A stretch of 64,000 nt of DNA from an uncultured Actinomycetes bacterium (GTDB lineage: Bacteria > Actinomycetota > Acidimicrobiia > IMCC26256 > PALSA-555). Positions 22,546 through 31,302 of this stretch are shown here, piece after piece. The stretch spans positions 1,608,570-1,672,569 of the forward strand of contig CAVSWH010000001.1 in the NCBI GenBank assembly GCA_963731625.1. The letters are read 5' to 3'. The notes beneath the pieces were generated by a model. The model was not told the origin of the DNA. It saw only the letters and a program-made list of their open reading frames with translations, and ran no database searches. A program made the translations under genes and the position numbers. Position 1 is the stretch's first letter, and every line of letters starts with the position of its first letter.

Positions 22546-23445
22546 ATGACGACGGACCTGGCGCTCGCGATCGTCTTGGCGCTCACATCGGCGCTGCTGT
22601 TCGCGACCTCGAACGTCGTCGAGCAGCGTGTCGCCGCCCGGGCGCCCGAAGAGGAGTCGCTGCGGCCCCAGCTCCTCGCGACGCTCGCCCGTCAGCCGGT
22701 GTGGCTGGCGGGGTTCGCGGCGGACGTGGGCGGCTACGGTGCGCAGGCGGCCGCGTTGGCCTTCGGCGCGCTGCTCGTCGTCGCCCCGCTCGGCGCCCTG
22801 GGGCTCCTGTTCTCGCTGCTGCTCGACGCCTCGGTGAACGGCCGGCGGCTCTTCAAGTCGGACCTCGCGGCCGCCGTGCTGCTCTGCGCGGGCCTCTCGG
22901 TCTTCCTCGCGGTCGGGGCGCCGAGCGAGGGGAGCGCCACCGTCTCGGCGGCGTCGTGGGCACCGGCCCTCGTCATCCTGGCGGCGGTCGTCGCCGTCGC
23001 CTCGTTGACTCGCCGTCACGTGCGGGGCCCGGCGCGGGCCACGCTGTTCGGGCTGGCGAGCGGCATGACGTTCGGCATCAACGCTGCGCTCACCAAGGTC
23101 GTCGTGCACCAGCTGGGCCAGGCGCCCCTCTCGGTGTTCTGGCACTGGGAGCTCTATGGCGTCGCCGTGCTCTCGGTGAGCGGGCTGATCATGGTGCAGA
23201 GCGCCTTGCAAGCGGGCTCGCTCGCCGCGGCACTCCCGTCGATGGAGGTGGCGGAGCCCGTCGTGGCCACGATCGTCGGGGTCGTGATCCTGGGCGAGCA
23301 TCTCCACGCGCACGGCAACGGCGACAAGATGGTCATCGCCGCGGCCGCGCTGGCCATGCTCGTCGGCCTCTTCGCGCTCGCACGGTCGCGCGCCGCGCAC
23401 GCGCCCCCGACACCGGCCGTCGACCATGCGATGACCCGGGCCTGA
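22546..23445 (+). CDS. DMT family transporter
   Basis: About 9 TM segments; QPVWLAG, VMVQSALQAG-type motif. Confidence 0.8.
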   Translation: MTTDLALAIVLALTSALLFATSNVVEQRVAARAPEEESLRPQLLATLARQPVWLAGFAADVGGYGAQAAALAFGALLVVAPLGALGLLFSLLLDASVNGRRLFKSDLAAAVLLCAGLSVFLAVGAPSEGSATVSAASWAPALVILAAVVAVASLTRRHVRGPARATLFGLASGMTFGINAALTKVVVHQLGQAPLSVFWHWELYGVAVLSVSGLIMVQSALQAGSLAAALPSMEVAEPVVATIVGVVILGEHLHAHGNGDKMVIAAAALAMLVGLFALARSRAAHAPPTPAVDHAMTRA

Positions 23446-23518
23446 GGCGGCGCACCGACGGGCGCGGCACGGGTTCTTGTCCCTGGCCCACGCGTGTGGG
23501 TCGGTCTAAGGAGGTTGG

Positions 23519-24082
23519 ATGCGCCATTTCTCGTTCCGTCCGGCGCTCACGCTGCGGGGCCGCAAGTTCAAGGGCCTGCGGGGCTGGGCCGGAAAGCCGT
23601 TCCATCCGCCGCTCACCGACGTGCCGGTCGGCGCGTACGTGCTCGTCGCCGGGTTCGACGTGATCTCGGCGCTCGGTCACAACAACAGCTGGGCGCGTGA
23701 CTACTACCGTGCCGGCACGTTCGCGCTCGTCGGGGGCGGGGCGATCTCGCTGCTCGCCGCGCTCACCGGCTTCTGGGACTGGCTGCGGTCGACCGAAGCG
23801 GGGACCCAGGCCCGTCGCACCGCGAACGCGCACGCCGTCACGATGCTGACGGTGACGTCGCTGGTCCTGGCGAACACCGCCGTCCGGATCCTCGTCTACC
23901 CGGGTGCGCACTCGACCCCGGGCGTGGCGCTCGGGCTGAGCCTCGCCGCGGCGCTGCTCACCGTGATCGGCGGCACGCTCGGCGGGACGCTGGCCTTCGA
24001 CTACGGGTTCAACGTCGAGACGGCGGGGGACAGCCCGGTGTGGCACCCCTCCGAGGTGGACGTCCGGCCGGGCCAGCACTGA
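23519..24082 (+). CDS. DUF2231 membrane protein
   Basis: HPPLTDVPVG, AALTGFWDW, GGTLGGTLAFDYG; strong RBS AAGGAGG. Confidence 0.85.
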   Translation: MRHFSFRPALTLRGRKFKGLRGWAGKPFHPPLTDVPVGAYVLVAGFDVISALGHNNSWARDYYRAGTFALVGGGAISLLAALTGFWDWLRSTEAGTQARRTANAHAVTMLTVTSLVLANTAVRILVYPGAHSTPGVALGLSLAAALLTVIGGTLGGTLAFDYGFNVETAGDSPVWHPSEVDVRPGQH

Positions 24083-24118
24083 CGGCCGGGTAAGGGATTT
24101 CTAACGAGTCAAGCGGGC

Positions 24119-25474
24119 CTAGTCGGGTGCCATGTCGGCGAACTTCGTCAGCCGATCGACGAAGGCGAGCCGGGTCGTGCCCGTCGGGCCGTTGCGGTGC
24201 TTGGAGACGATGATCTCCGCCGTGCCGCGCTGCTCGGAGTCGGGGTTGTAGATGTCGTCGCGGTAGATGAACGCGACGACGTCGGCGTCTTGCTCGAGCG
24301 AGCCGGACTCGCGGAGGTCGGCGAGCATCGGGCGCTTGTCCTGGCGGTACTCGAGCTGGCGGTTCAGCTGCGAGCAGGCCATCACCGGGCAGTTCAGCTC
24401 GCGGGCCAGGATCTTCAGGCCGCGCGAGATCTCGGCCACCTCGACCTGGCGGTTCTCGGCTCGCTTGCCCATCGGCGTCATCAACTGGAGGTAGTCGACG
24501 ACGACGAGCCCCAGATCGCCGTGGCGGGCCTTCGTCCGCCGGGACTTGGCGCGCATCTCCATGACCGTGCAGTGCGGGTTGTCGTCGATGAAGAGGGGCG
24601 CCTCCGCGAGCCGGCCGACCGCGTGGCTGAGCTTGGTCCAGTCCTGCTCGGGGATGTTGCCCGTCTGGAGGCGCCGCGCGTCGACGCGCGCCTCGCCGGC
24701 GAGGAGGCGCTTCGTGAGCTCGAGCGTGCCCATCTCCATCGAGAAGAAGAGCACCGGTCGGCGCGAGACCATGGCGACATTCGCCGCCGCGCCGAGGGCG
24801 AAGCTCGTCTTGCCGGCACCCGGGCGGGCGGCGACCACGACGAGGTTCGCGGGCTGGAGCCCGAGCAGCAGCTTGTCGAGCTGGGTGTAGCCGGTGGGCA
24901 CGCCGGTGATGTCGCCGGTGCTCGCGTAGAGCGCCTCGAGCTCGTCGAGGGTGTTCTGGAGGGCGTCGGCCATCTTGATCATCGAGTCGCTGACGCGGCG
25001 CTCGGCCACCTCGAAGACGAGCGACTCGGCGCGATCGACGGTCTCCTGGACGTCCTGGGAGTCGTCGTAGCCCATCTCGGCGATGTCGCCGGCCACGCCG
25101 ATGAGGCGGCGCAGCAGCGCGAGCTCGTTGACGATCTTGGCGTAGTGGGCCGCGTTCGCCGAGGCCGGCGTGGCCGCCTGGAGGCGCAGCAGCGTCTGGC
25201 GACCGCCGAGGGCGTCGAGCAGGTCGGCGCGGCGCAGCTCCTCGGCGACGGTGACCGGATCGATCGGCTCGCCCTGACCGTAGAGGCTGAGCACGGCCTC
25301 GAAGACGTGGGTGTGCGCCGGCTTGTAGAAGTCGGACGCGGTCACGCCGACCTCGACGGCGACGGTGATCGCATCGCGCGAGAGCAGCATCGCCCCGAGC
25401 AGCGACTCCTCCGCTTCGATGTTGTGCGGCGGGACACGACCCGTCCGCCGCACTGGTTCGAGCGCCTGCACCAC
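24119..25474 (-). CDS. dnaB: Replicative DNA helicase
   Basis: PPHNIEAEESLLG, ARPGAGKT, VVDYLQLM, RPMLADLRESGSLEQDAD; no intein. Confidence 0.98.
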   Translation of the reverse strand: MVQALEPVRRTGRVPPHNIEAEESLLGAMLLSRDAITVAVEVGVTASDFYKPAHTHVFEAVLSLYGQGEPIDPVTVAEELRRADLLDALGGRQTLLRLQAATPASANAAHYAKIVNELALLRRLIGVAGDIAEMGYDDSQDVQETVDRAESLVFEVAERRVSDSMIKMADALQNTLDELEALYASTGDITGVPTGYTQLDKLLLGLQPANLVVVAARPGAGKTSFALGAAANVAMVSRRPVLFFSMEMGTLELTKRLLAGEARVDARRLQTGNIPEQDWTKLSHAVGRLAEAPLFIDDNPHCTVMEMRAKSRRTKARHGDLGLVVVDYLQLMTPMGKRAENRQVEVAEISRGLKILARELNCPVMACSQLNRQLEYRQDKRPMLADLRESGSLEQDADVVAFIYRDDIYNPDSEQRGTAEIIVSKHRNGPTGTTRLAFVDRLTKFADMAPD

Positions 25475-25576
25475 CGAGTCCCGCTCCCGTTCGCCGCCCG
25501 TTTACGGGGCGGTCATCCCCGTGCCCGAAGCGACAGCATGAAGGCTCGGGCCTGGGGATCGATAGTGCGAAAACCG

Positions 25577-25607
25577 TGTGGATTGCGGTGGACGAGGCCG
25601 TGGATAA
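25577..25607. promoter_or_regulatory. DnaA-box cluster upstream of dnaB
   Basis: TGTGGATTG (25577), GGTGGACGA (25587), CGTGGATAA (25599), all in the same orientation. Confidence 0.55.
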
Positions 25608-25681
25608 CTGCCCCGCTCATCCCCAGGCCGGAGGAGAACCGACGGTCGCACCCCGCCAAGGTCGCACGGGGGTGTGACGAG

Positions 25682-26127
25682 CTACTCGGCCTGCACCTCG
25701 ACGTGGAGCGTGGCGGTCACCTCGGGGTGGAGGCGCACCTCGACGTCGGTCGCGCCGAGGTCCCGGATCGGCTCGGGGAGCTCGATGGCGCGCCGGTCGA
25801 CGTCGATCCCGAGCTGTTCGTGCGCGGCCGCGGCGAGATCCGCGTTGGTGACGGAGCCGAAGAGCTTGCCGCCCTCCCCGCGCGCGCGAGGACTCGCAGC
25901 GGGCGCGCACCCAGCTGCGCCGCGGCGGCGTCGGCTCCTTCGCGGTCGCGCGCGTCCCGCGCCGCGCGGTTACGCCGCATCGCCTCGGCCTGCGCGACCG
26001 CGCCCTTCGTGGCCTTGATTGCCATGCCGCGGGGCACGAGATAGTTGCGGGCGTAGCCGTCGGTCACCTCGAGGAGGTCGCCCTTGCGGCCCAGGTGCTC
26101 GACGTCGGCGCGCAGCACGATCTTCAC
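25682..26127 (-). CDS. rplI: 50S ribosomal protein L9, split by -1 indel in C-run 25876-25879
   Basis: [17 protein letters not shown]...GYARNYL; adding one G restores [12 protein letters not shown]...HVEVQAE-stop (TAG 25682). Confidence 0.95.
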
Positions 26128-26576
26128 GACGCGTCCTCACCATCCGCGGCGGCCGCGACGGGCACCTCGTCGGGGGTGGGCACCGGCACGACCTCGCCGT
26201 TCTCCGGCGTCTCCACGTCGGGCGGTCGGGGCGGGGCGTCCGCCTCCGACGGGCTCGGCGGGCTGTCGCCACGCGGCGGCCCGCTGTCGCCGCGGTCCCG
26301 CTTGCCCTTGCTGCGGTGCGTGACCTGGCGGACCGAGTACGGGAGCAGCGCCATCTCGCGGGCCACCCGGATGGCGCGGGCGACGGCCCGCTGCTGCTGC
26401 GCGTCATTGCCGGTCACGCGACGCGCCCGGATCTTGGCGCGCTCCGACATGAACCGGCGCAGCAGCGCGACGTCCTTGTAGTCGACCCACGCGATGCTCT
26501 CGCTGTCGAGGATCGACACCTTCTTCTTGGGCTTGCGCTCCGGGGCGTCGCGCTTCGTCCGGCGTGGTCGGGCCAT
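26124..26576 (-). CDS. rpsR: 30S ribosomal protein S18 (Cys-free form) with Pro/acidic C-terminal extension
   Basis: ATG 26576; [35 protein letters not shown]. Confidence 0.96.
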   Translation of the reverse strand: MARPRRTKRDAPERKPKKKVSILDSESIAWVDYKDVALLRRFMSERAKIRARRVTGNDAQQQRAVARAIRVAREMALLPYSVRQVTHRSKGKRDRGDSGPPRGDSPPSPSEADAPPRPPDVETPENGEVVPVPTPDEVPVAAAADGEDAS

Positions 26577-26578
26577 GG

Positions 26579-27082
26579 CTAGAAGGGTTCCTCCATGTCG
26601 TCGGCAGTCTCGGCGCGGGCCACGGGCGCGCTGACGCGCTCGCCGCCACCACCACCGCCTGCACCGGCTGCACCGGCTGCACCGGCTGCACCGGCTGCAC
26701 TGCCACTGTCGAAGCTGCCGCGCCGCTCGTTGCGGCGGACCTCGGCGGTCGCCCAGCGCAGGCTCGGGCCGATGTCGTCCGCGACGATCTCCACGACGCT
26801 TCGCTTGTCGCCGTTCTCGGTCTCCCACGAGCGCTGCTCGAGGCGCCCGTTCACGACGACCCGGGCGCCCTTGCCGATGGACTCGCAGACGTTCTCGGCC
26901 ATGTCTCGCCAGCAGACGACGTTGAAGAAGCTGGTCTGCTCCTCCCACTCTTGGGTGTTGCGGTTCTGCCAGCGTCGGCTCACGGCGACGCCGAAGCTCG
27001 CCTTCGCGACGCCGCTCGGCGTGTAGCGCATCTCGGGGTCACGGGTGACGTTCCCCACGACCGTGACGGTGCTGTCGGCCAT
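26579..27082 (-). CDS. ssb: Single-stranded DNA-binding protein
   Basis: [21 protein letters not shown]; acidic tip DDMEEPF. Confidence 0.97.
   Translation of the reverse strand: MADSTVTVVGNVTRDPEMRYTPSGVAKASFGVAVSRRWQNRNTQEWEEQTSFFNVVCWRDMAENVCESIGKGARVVVNGRLEQRSWETENGDKRSVVEIVADDIGPSLRWATAEVRRNERRGSFDSGSAAGAAGAAGAAGAGGGGGGERVSAPVARAETADDMEEPF
26659..26700. repeat. Perfect 9-bp tandem repeat (CTGCACCGG x4.7) in ssb linker
   Basis: Direct reading; encodes (Ala-Ala-Gly)n. Confidence 0.9.
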
Positions 27083-27128
27083 CTGGACCTCCTCTGTCGT
27101 CCTGGCCGGCGACCAGGCTCCCGCTCGC

Positions 27129-27455
27129 CTAGCCGCCCGACGGTGTGCCGAGCGTCGTGCCGTACACGGTGTCCGGTATCCGGAGCACCTTGTGGCGCAG
27201 CACCTCGTCGGCGAGCGTGAGCGTGCGGCCGAGCTCGGCCATGGCCTCGGGCTCGGCGCGGGCCTGGAGCACGACGTAGTACCCCTCCCAGCGCCGCTTG
27301 AGCCGGTAGGCGAAGGTCCGCTTGCCCCAGTAGTCGACGGGGCCGAGCTCGGCACCCTTCGAGGTGAGCAGCGTCGTCGCCTGCCCGACGGCGGCCTTGA
27401 TGTCGGCCTCGTCGAGCTCGGCGTCGTAGATGACCATCACTTCGTACGGCCGCAT
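27129..27455 (-). CDS. rpsF: 30S ribosomal protein S6
   Basis: MRPYEVMVI, DYWGKRTFAYRL, EVLRHKVLR. Confidence 0.97.
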   Translation of the reverse strand: MRPYEVMVIYDAELDEADIKAAVGQATTLLTSKGAELGPVDYWGKRTFAYRLKRRWEGYYVVLQARAEPEAMAELGRTLTLADEVLRHKVLRIPDTVYGTTLGTPSGG

Positions 27456-27540
27456 GGGCCGTGCCTCCTTCGGACCGGCGGGCCGGGCCGGCGGTGGGCC
27501 GCCGGGTCGCCCGCGGGCTCACCGGGGACCGCCGTGTCAG
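27456..27540 (-). promoter_or_regulatory. Possible S6:S18 autoregulatory leader
   Basis: Minus strand has hairpin CCGGCG-gcccac-CGCCGG and GTCCG-AAGGAGG (CCR motif next to SD) before rpsF; no covariance model run. Confidence 0.3.
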
Positions 27541-27627
27541 AGACACGCTCGGGCGGTGAGCAGGACGTTGTCGGACTGGGATGCTACCTGCCGGATCCGG
27601 GGACGATCGTACGGGTGGGCTGTGACG

Positions 27628-28109
27628 TCAGCCGGTGAGCGAACCGCGGGGAAGTCCCCCGGCGAGGGTCTCGACGGCGTAGCGGAACGAGTGGCTCGCT
27701 CCGTACACGGGGCACTGGGACTCGGGGTAGGGGCACGGCGTCATCCGCAGCCGGTCGACGCTGCGCCCGTTGGCGCCGTAGAACCCGATGTCGAGCGCGA
27801 CCGGCACGGTCGACATCGTGAAGCCGACGCTCGAGTCGCTCGGGAAGACGAAGAGCATCCCGCGGTACGGGCCGAGCGTGGCGCGTTCGCGAAGCCCCTC
27901 CTCGCGCTGGGTCTCGGTCTGGGCGATGACCACGAGCAGGGCGCGCCCCCGAGGCGGATGGTCGTCTGGGTGAGATCCGGGAACGGCTCGGTCGCCCCGG
28001 TGGCGCCGCGCACCGCGTGGTTCACGGGCGGCGCCGACGCGCCGGCCGGCGCGGCGAGGAGGCTCAGCGCCAGCGTGGCGCCGAGGAGCGCGGCGGCGGC
28101 CCGCCTCAC
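27628..28109 (-). CDS. Secreted DUF192 family protein, split by -1 indel in C-run 27946-27950
   Basis: Signal peptide ...LLAAPAGA in one frame; VIAQTETQREEGL, GMLFVF, FTMSTVPVALDIGF in the other. Confidence 0.85.
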
Positions 28110-28987
28110 GCGGAGGCGTGCTCGGCGGGCGACCCGCCGTAGAGGCGGAGGGCGTCGGCGACGCCATCCGCCGCGTGGTACGTCTCGCCGCTCGACGGGA
28201 AGCGGCCGGCGCGCACGTCGTCGGCGAAGCGCTCGACGGCGGCCGTCGCGTCGCCGGCGAGGTCGGCGTAGCGGCGGACGAACTTCGGCGTGACCCGTGT
28301 CTCGAGGCCCACGAGGTCGTGGAACACGAGCACCTGGCCGTCGCAGTGGCGCCCCGCGCCGATGCCGATGGTCGGGACGGCGACGCTGTCGGTCACGAGG
28401 CGGGCGACGGCGTCGGGGACGCACTCGAGCACGATCGCGAAGCAGCCGGCGTCAGCGAGCGCGATGGCATCGTCGACGATCGCCCGTGCCGCGTCGAGGT
28501 CGCGGCCCTGGACGCGGAAGCCGCCGAGGGCGTGGAAGGACTGGGGCGTGAGGCCGAGGTGGCCCATGACGGGGATCTCGGCGTCGAGGATCGCGCCGAC
28601 CGCGGGCAGTCGCTTGCGCCCGCCCTCGAGCTTCACGGCGCTCGCCCCGGCGCGCACGAGAGTGGCGGCGTTGCGGACGGCGTCCTCGGGCCCGAGGTGG
28701 TAGCTCATCCAGGGCAGGTCGGCGACGACGAGCGCGCCCGGCCGGGTGCGCGCCACCGCGCCCACGTGGTGCGCGAGGTCGGTCGTGGTCACCTGGAGCG
28801 TGTCCTCATAGCCGAGGACCACCATCGCGACCGAGTCCCCGACGAGGATCATGTCGACGCCGGCGGCATCGACGGCGCGCGCGGACGGCGCGTCGTACGC
28901 CGTGACCATCACGAGGGGGGTACCGCCGCCTTTGGCAGCGCTCACCGCGGGGGCGGTCGTCCGACGGGACCCGGTCAGGTCGGTCAT
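28106..28987 (-). CDS. panB: 3-methyl-2-oxobutanoate hydroxymethyltransferase
   Basis: MVTAYDA, LVGDSVAM, ADLPWMSY, VKLEGG, MGHLGLTPQS, GIGAG..CDGQVLV. Confidence 0.98.
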   Translation of the reverse strand: MTDLTGSRRTTAPAVSAAKGGGTPLVMVTAYDAPSARAVDAAGVDMILVGDSVAMVVLGYEDTLQVTTTDLAHHVGAVARTRPGALVVADLPWMSYHLGPEDAVRNAATLVRAGASAVKLEGGRKRLPAVGAILDAEIPVMGHLGLTPQSFHALGGFRVQGRDLDAARAIVDDAIALADAGCFAIVLECVPDAVARLVTDSVAVPTIGIGAGRHCDGQVLVFHDLVGLETRVTPKFVRRYADLAGDATAAVERFADDVRAGRFPSSGETYHAADGVADALRLYGGSPAEHASA

Positions 28988-29061
28988 CGCCTCGTCTCCA
29001 CCGTCCAGGGCACCCACGGCTCCCGGCGGCCCCCGCAGCGTAATCCCGGCGGGCGGGGGAC

Positions 29062-29445
29062 TCAGCCGGCGTGGCGGCGTCCGTGCAGCTCGTGGCGCTG
29101 CAGGTGGTTCCAGTGGCAGTCGAGGCACACCTCGACGACGTAGCGGGTGAACTCCTCGTGGGCGGCGTCGAGGCGCTCGAGCTCGCCGAGCGAGGTGATG
29201 CAGCGCCCGTTGGCCCGCGCCAGGGCGTCTCCGTACACGTAGGAGACGAGCCGGAGGCTCTTGTGCCCGCAGACGGGACAGGGGGTCGGCGCGTCCTGGC
29301 CGATGTGGCGCCCGGCGCGGAGCAGCTCGGGGTGGGCGTCGCAGACCTCGTCGCGCTCGAGACGCCCGGCCCCGAGGTCACGCAGCACGGCTCGTCGCGC
29401 GAGGGCGTAGTCGACGTGCCGTCGCACGCGGGCGAGTGTACGCAC
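29062..29445 (-). CDS. DUF5318 family protein
   Basis: VDYALARRAVL, VCDAHPELLRA, CPVC, YVVEVCLDCHWNHL; start approximate. Confidence 0.85.
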   Translation of the reverse strand: MRTLARVRRHVDYALARRAVLRDLGAGRLERDEVCDAHPELLRAGRHIGQDAPTPCPVCGHKSLRLVSYVYGDALARANGRCITSLGELERLDAAHEEFTRYVVEVCLDCHWNHLQRHELHGRRHAG

Positions 29446-29526
29446 GGCGCTGCGCCGCTTCGGCGGTCTCTCGAGCGGGTCCCGCCCCTGGTTTGCTCGC
29501 GCCCCGCGAGCGCGCCATACTGTGCC

Positions 29527-29550
29527 TCGATATATCGACCCGATATATCG
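29527..29550. promoter_or_regulatory. Tandem palindromic operator between DUF5318 and padR
   Basis: TCGATATATCGA (29527-29538) plus CGATATATCG (29541-29550), AT-rich in a high-GC background. Confidence 0.75.
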
Positions 29551-29573
29551 AAGCGTTGCAGAGGAGTTCTCTC

Positions 29574-30203
29574 GTGCTGGAGCTTGCGGTGCTGGGCCTG
29601 CTGAAAGAGCAGCCGCTGCACGGCTACGAGCTGAAGAAGCGGCTCGGCGAGATGCTCGGGTTCCTCTGGGGGGTCTCCTACGGCTCGCTGTACCCGGCGC
29701 TGCGGCGCCTCGAGCGGGCGGGCGCGATCGCGAGCGTGCCGGCCGCGCCGCTGCCGGCGCCGACGCCCTCGACCGGATCACTGACGGGCGACCTGGCCGC
29801 GGCCCGGCTGCGCACGATGGCCGGGCGGCTGTCCGGGACCAGTCGCCGGACCCGGAAGGCGTACCAGATCACCCCGGCCGGGGAGACGCTGTTCACCGAG
29901 CTGCTGCTCGACGACGACGCCCACGGCGACGACGAGAAAGCGTTCGCCGTGAAGCTCGCCTTCTGCGGGCACCTCGAGCCGGCCGAGCGTCTGACGCTGC
30001 TGGAGCGGCGTCGCCGGGTGCTCGCCGAGCGCCTCGAGCGCCAGCTGCACAGCCGGGCGGCGCGCGACGACCGGTACACGCGGTCCCTGGTGGAGCACCG
30101 CACGAAGTCCACGCAACGCGACCTCGAGTGGGTCGACGAACTGATCACCGCGGAGGAGGCGACACGGGGAGATTCTCCGGGCGCCGTCCGTCCCGCCGTC
30201 TAG
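29574..30203 (+). CDS. PadR family regulator of ino1 (InoR/Rv0047c-like)
   Basis: [36 protein letters not shown]; upstream of ino1. Confidence 0.92.
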   Translation: MLELAVLGLLKEQPLHGYELKKRLGEMLGFLWGVSYGSLYPALRRLERAGAIASVPAAPLPAPTPSTGSLTGDLAAARLRTMAGRLSGTSRRTRKAYQITPAGETLFTELLLDDDAHGDDEKAFAVKLAFCGHLEPAERLTLLERRRRVLAERLERQLHSRAARDDRYTRSLVEHRTKSTQRDLEWVDELITAEEATRGDSPGAVRPAV

Positions 30204-30213
30204 GAGGACCACG

Positions 30214-31299
30214 ATGAGCCAAGACAACCCCACGCGGACCGTGCGTGTCGCGATCGCCGGTGTGGGCAACTGCGCGTCCAGCCTGGTCCAGGGCACCGCG
30301 TACTACCGGGACGCGGCGCCCGACGACGAAGTGCCGGGCCTCATGCACGTGGTGCTCGGCGGCTACCACGTCCGCGACCTCGAGTTCGTCGCCGCGTTCG
30401 ACGTCGACGCCGCGAAGGTCGGCCTCGACCTCGGCAAGGCCGTGTTCGCGGGCAACAACAACACGCTCAAGTTCGCCGAGCCGGGCGAGCTGGGCGTGCA
30501 GGTGCAGCGCGGCCCGACCTTCGACGGCCTCGGCGAGTTCTACCGGGACGCCGTCGAGGAGTCCCCGGCCGAGCCGGTCGACGTGGCCCAGGCGCTCCGC
30601 GACGCGCACACCGACGTGCTCGTCAGCTACCTGCCGGTCGGGTCCGAGGTGGCGCAGCGCCACTACGCCACCGCCTGCCTCGAGGCCGGCGTCGCGTTCG
30701 TGAACGCCATCCCGGTGTTCATCGCCAGCGACCCGGAGTGGGCACAGCGCTTCGAGGACGCGGGCGTCCCGATCGTCGGCGACGACATCAAGAGCCAGGT
30801 AGGCGCCACGATCGTGCACCGGATCCTCACGCGCCTCTTCGAGGACCGGGGCGTCGAGCTGGACCGGACCTACCAGCTGAACTTCGGCGGCAACATGGAC
30901 TTCAAGAACATGCTGGAGCGCAAGCGGCTGAAGTCGAAGAAGATCTCGAAGACGCAGTCGGTGACGAGCCAGCTGGACCGGGGCATCGAGAGCGACAACG
31001 TCCACATCGGTCCGTCGGATCACGTCCCGTGGCTCGACGACCGCAAGTGGTGCTACATCCGCATGGAGGGGCGCAACTTCGGCGACGCGCCGCTGAACAT
31101 CGAGCTGAAGCTCGAGGTGTGGGACTCGCCGAACTCGGCGGGGGTGATCATCGACGCGGTGCGCTGCGCCAAGCTGGCCCTCGACCGGGGGATCGGCGGG
31201 CCGCTCGAGGGGCCGAGCGCCTACTTCATGAAGTCCCCGCCGGTGCAGCACCGCGACGAGGACGCCCGCGTGATGGTGGAGGCGTTCGCTCGCGGCTGA
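30214..31299 (+). CDS. ino1: Myo-inositol-1-phosphate synthase
   Basis: [42 protein letters not shown]. Confidence 0.97.
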   Translation: MSQDNPTRTVRVAIAGVGNCASSLVQGTAYYRDAAPDDEVPGLMHVVLGGYHVRDLEFVAAFDVDAAKVGLDLGKAVFAGNNNTLKFAEPGELGVQVQRGPTFDGLGEFYRDAVEESPAEPVDVAQALRDAHTDVLVSYLPVGSEVAQRHYATACLEAGVAFVNAIPVFIASDPEWAQRFEDAGVPIVGDDIKSQVGATIVHRILTRLFEDRGVELDRTYQLNFGGNMDFKNMLERKRLKSKKISKTQSVTSQLDRGIESDNVHIGPSDHVPWLDDRKWCYIRMEGRNFGDAPLNIELKLEVWDSPNSAGVIIDAVRCAKLALDRGIGGPLEGPSAYFMKSPPVQHRDEDARVMVEAFARG

Positions 31300-31302
31300 C
31301 GG

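Noticed and set aside
27628-28109. DUF192 ending GSLTG, and the shared PAGA signal-peptide end, as part of the FTG family
   Set aside because: LTG directly follows the DUF192 fold with no linker; PAGA is an ordinary A-x-A signal peptidase site seen here in an unrelated protein, so it is not family-specific.
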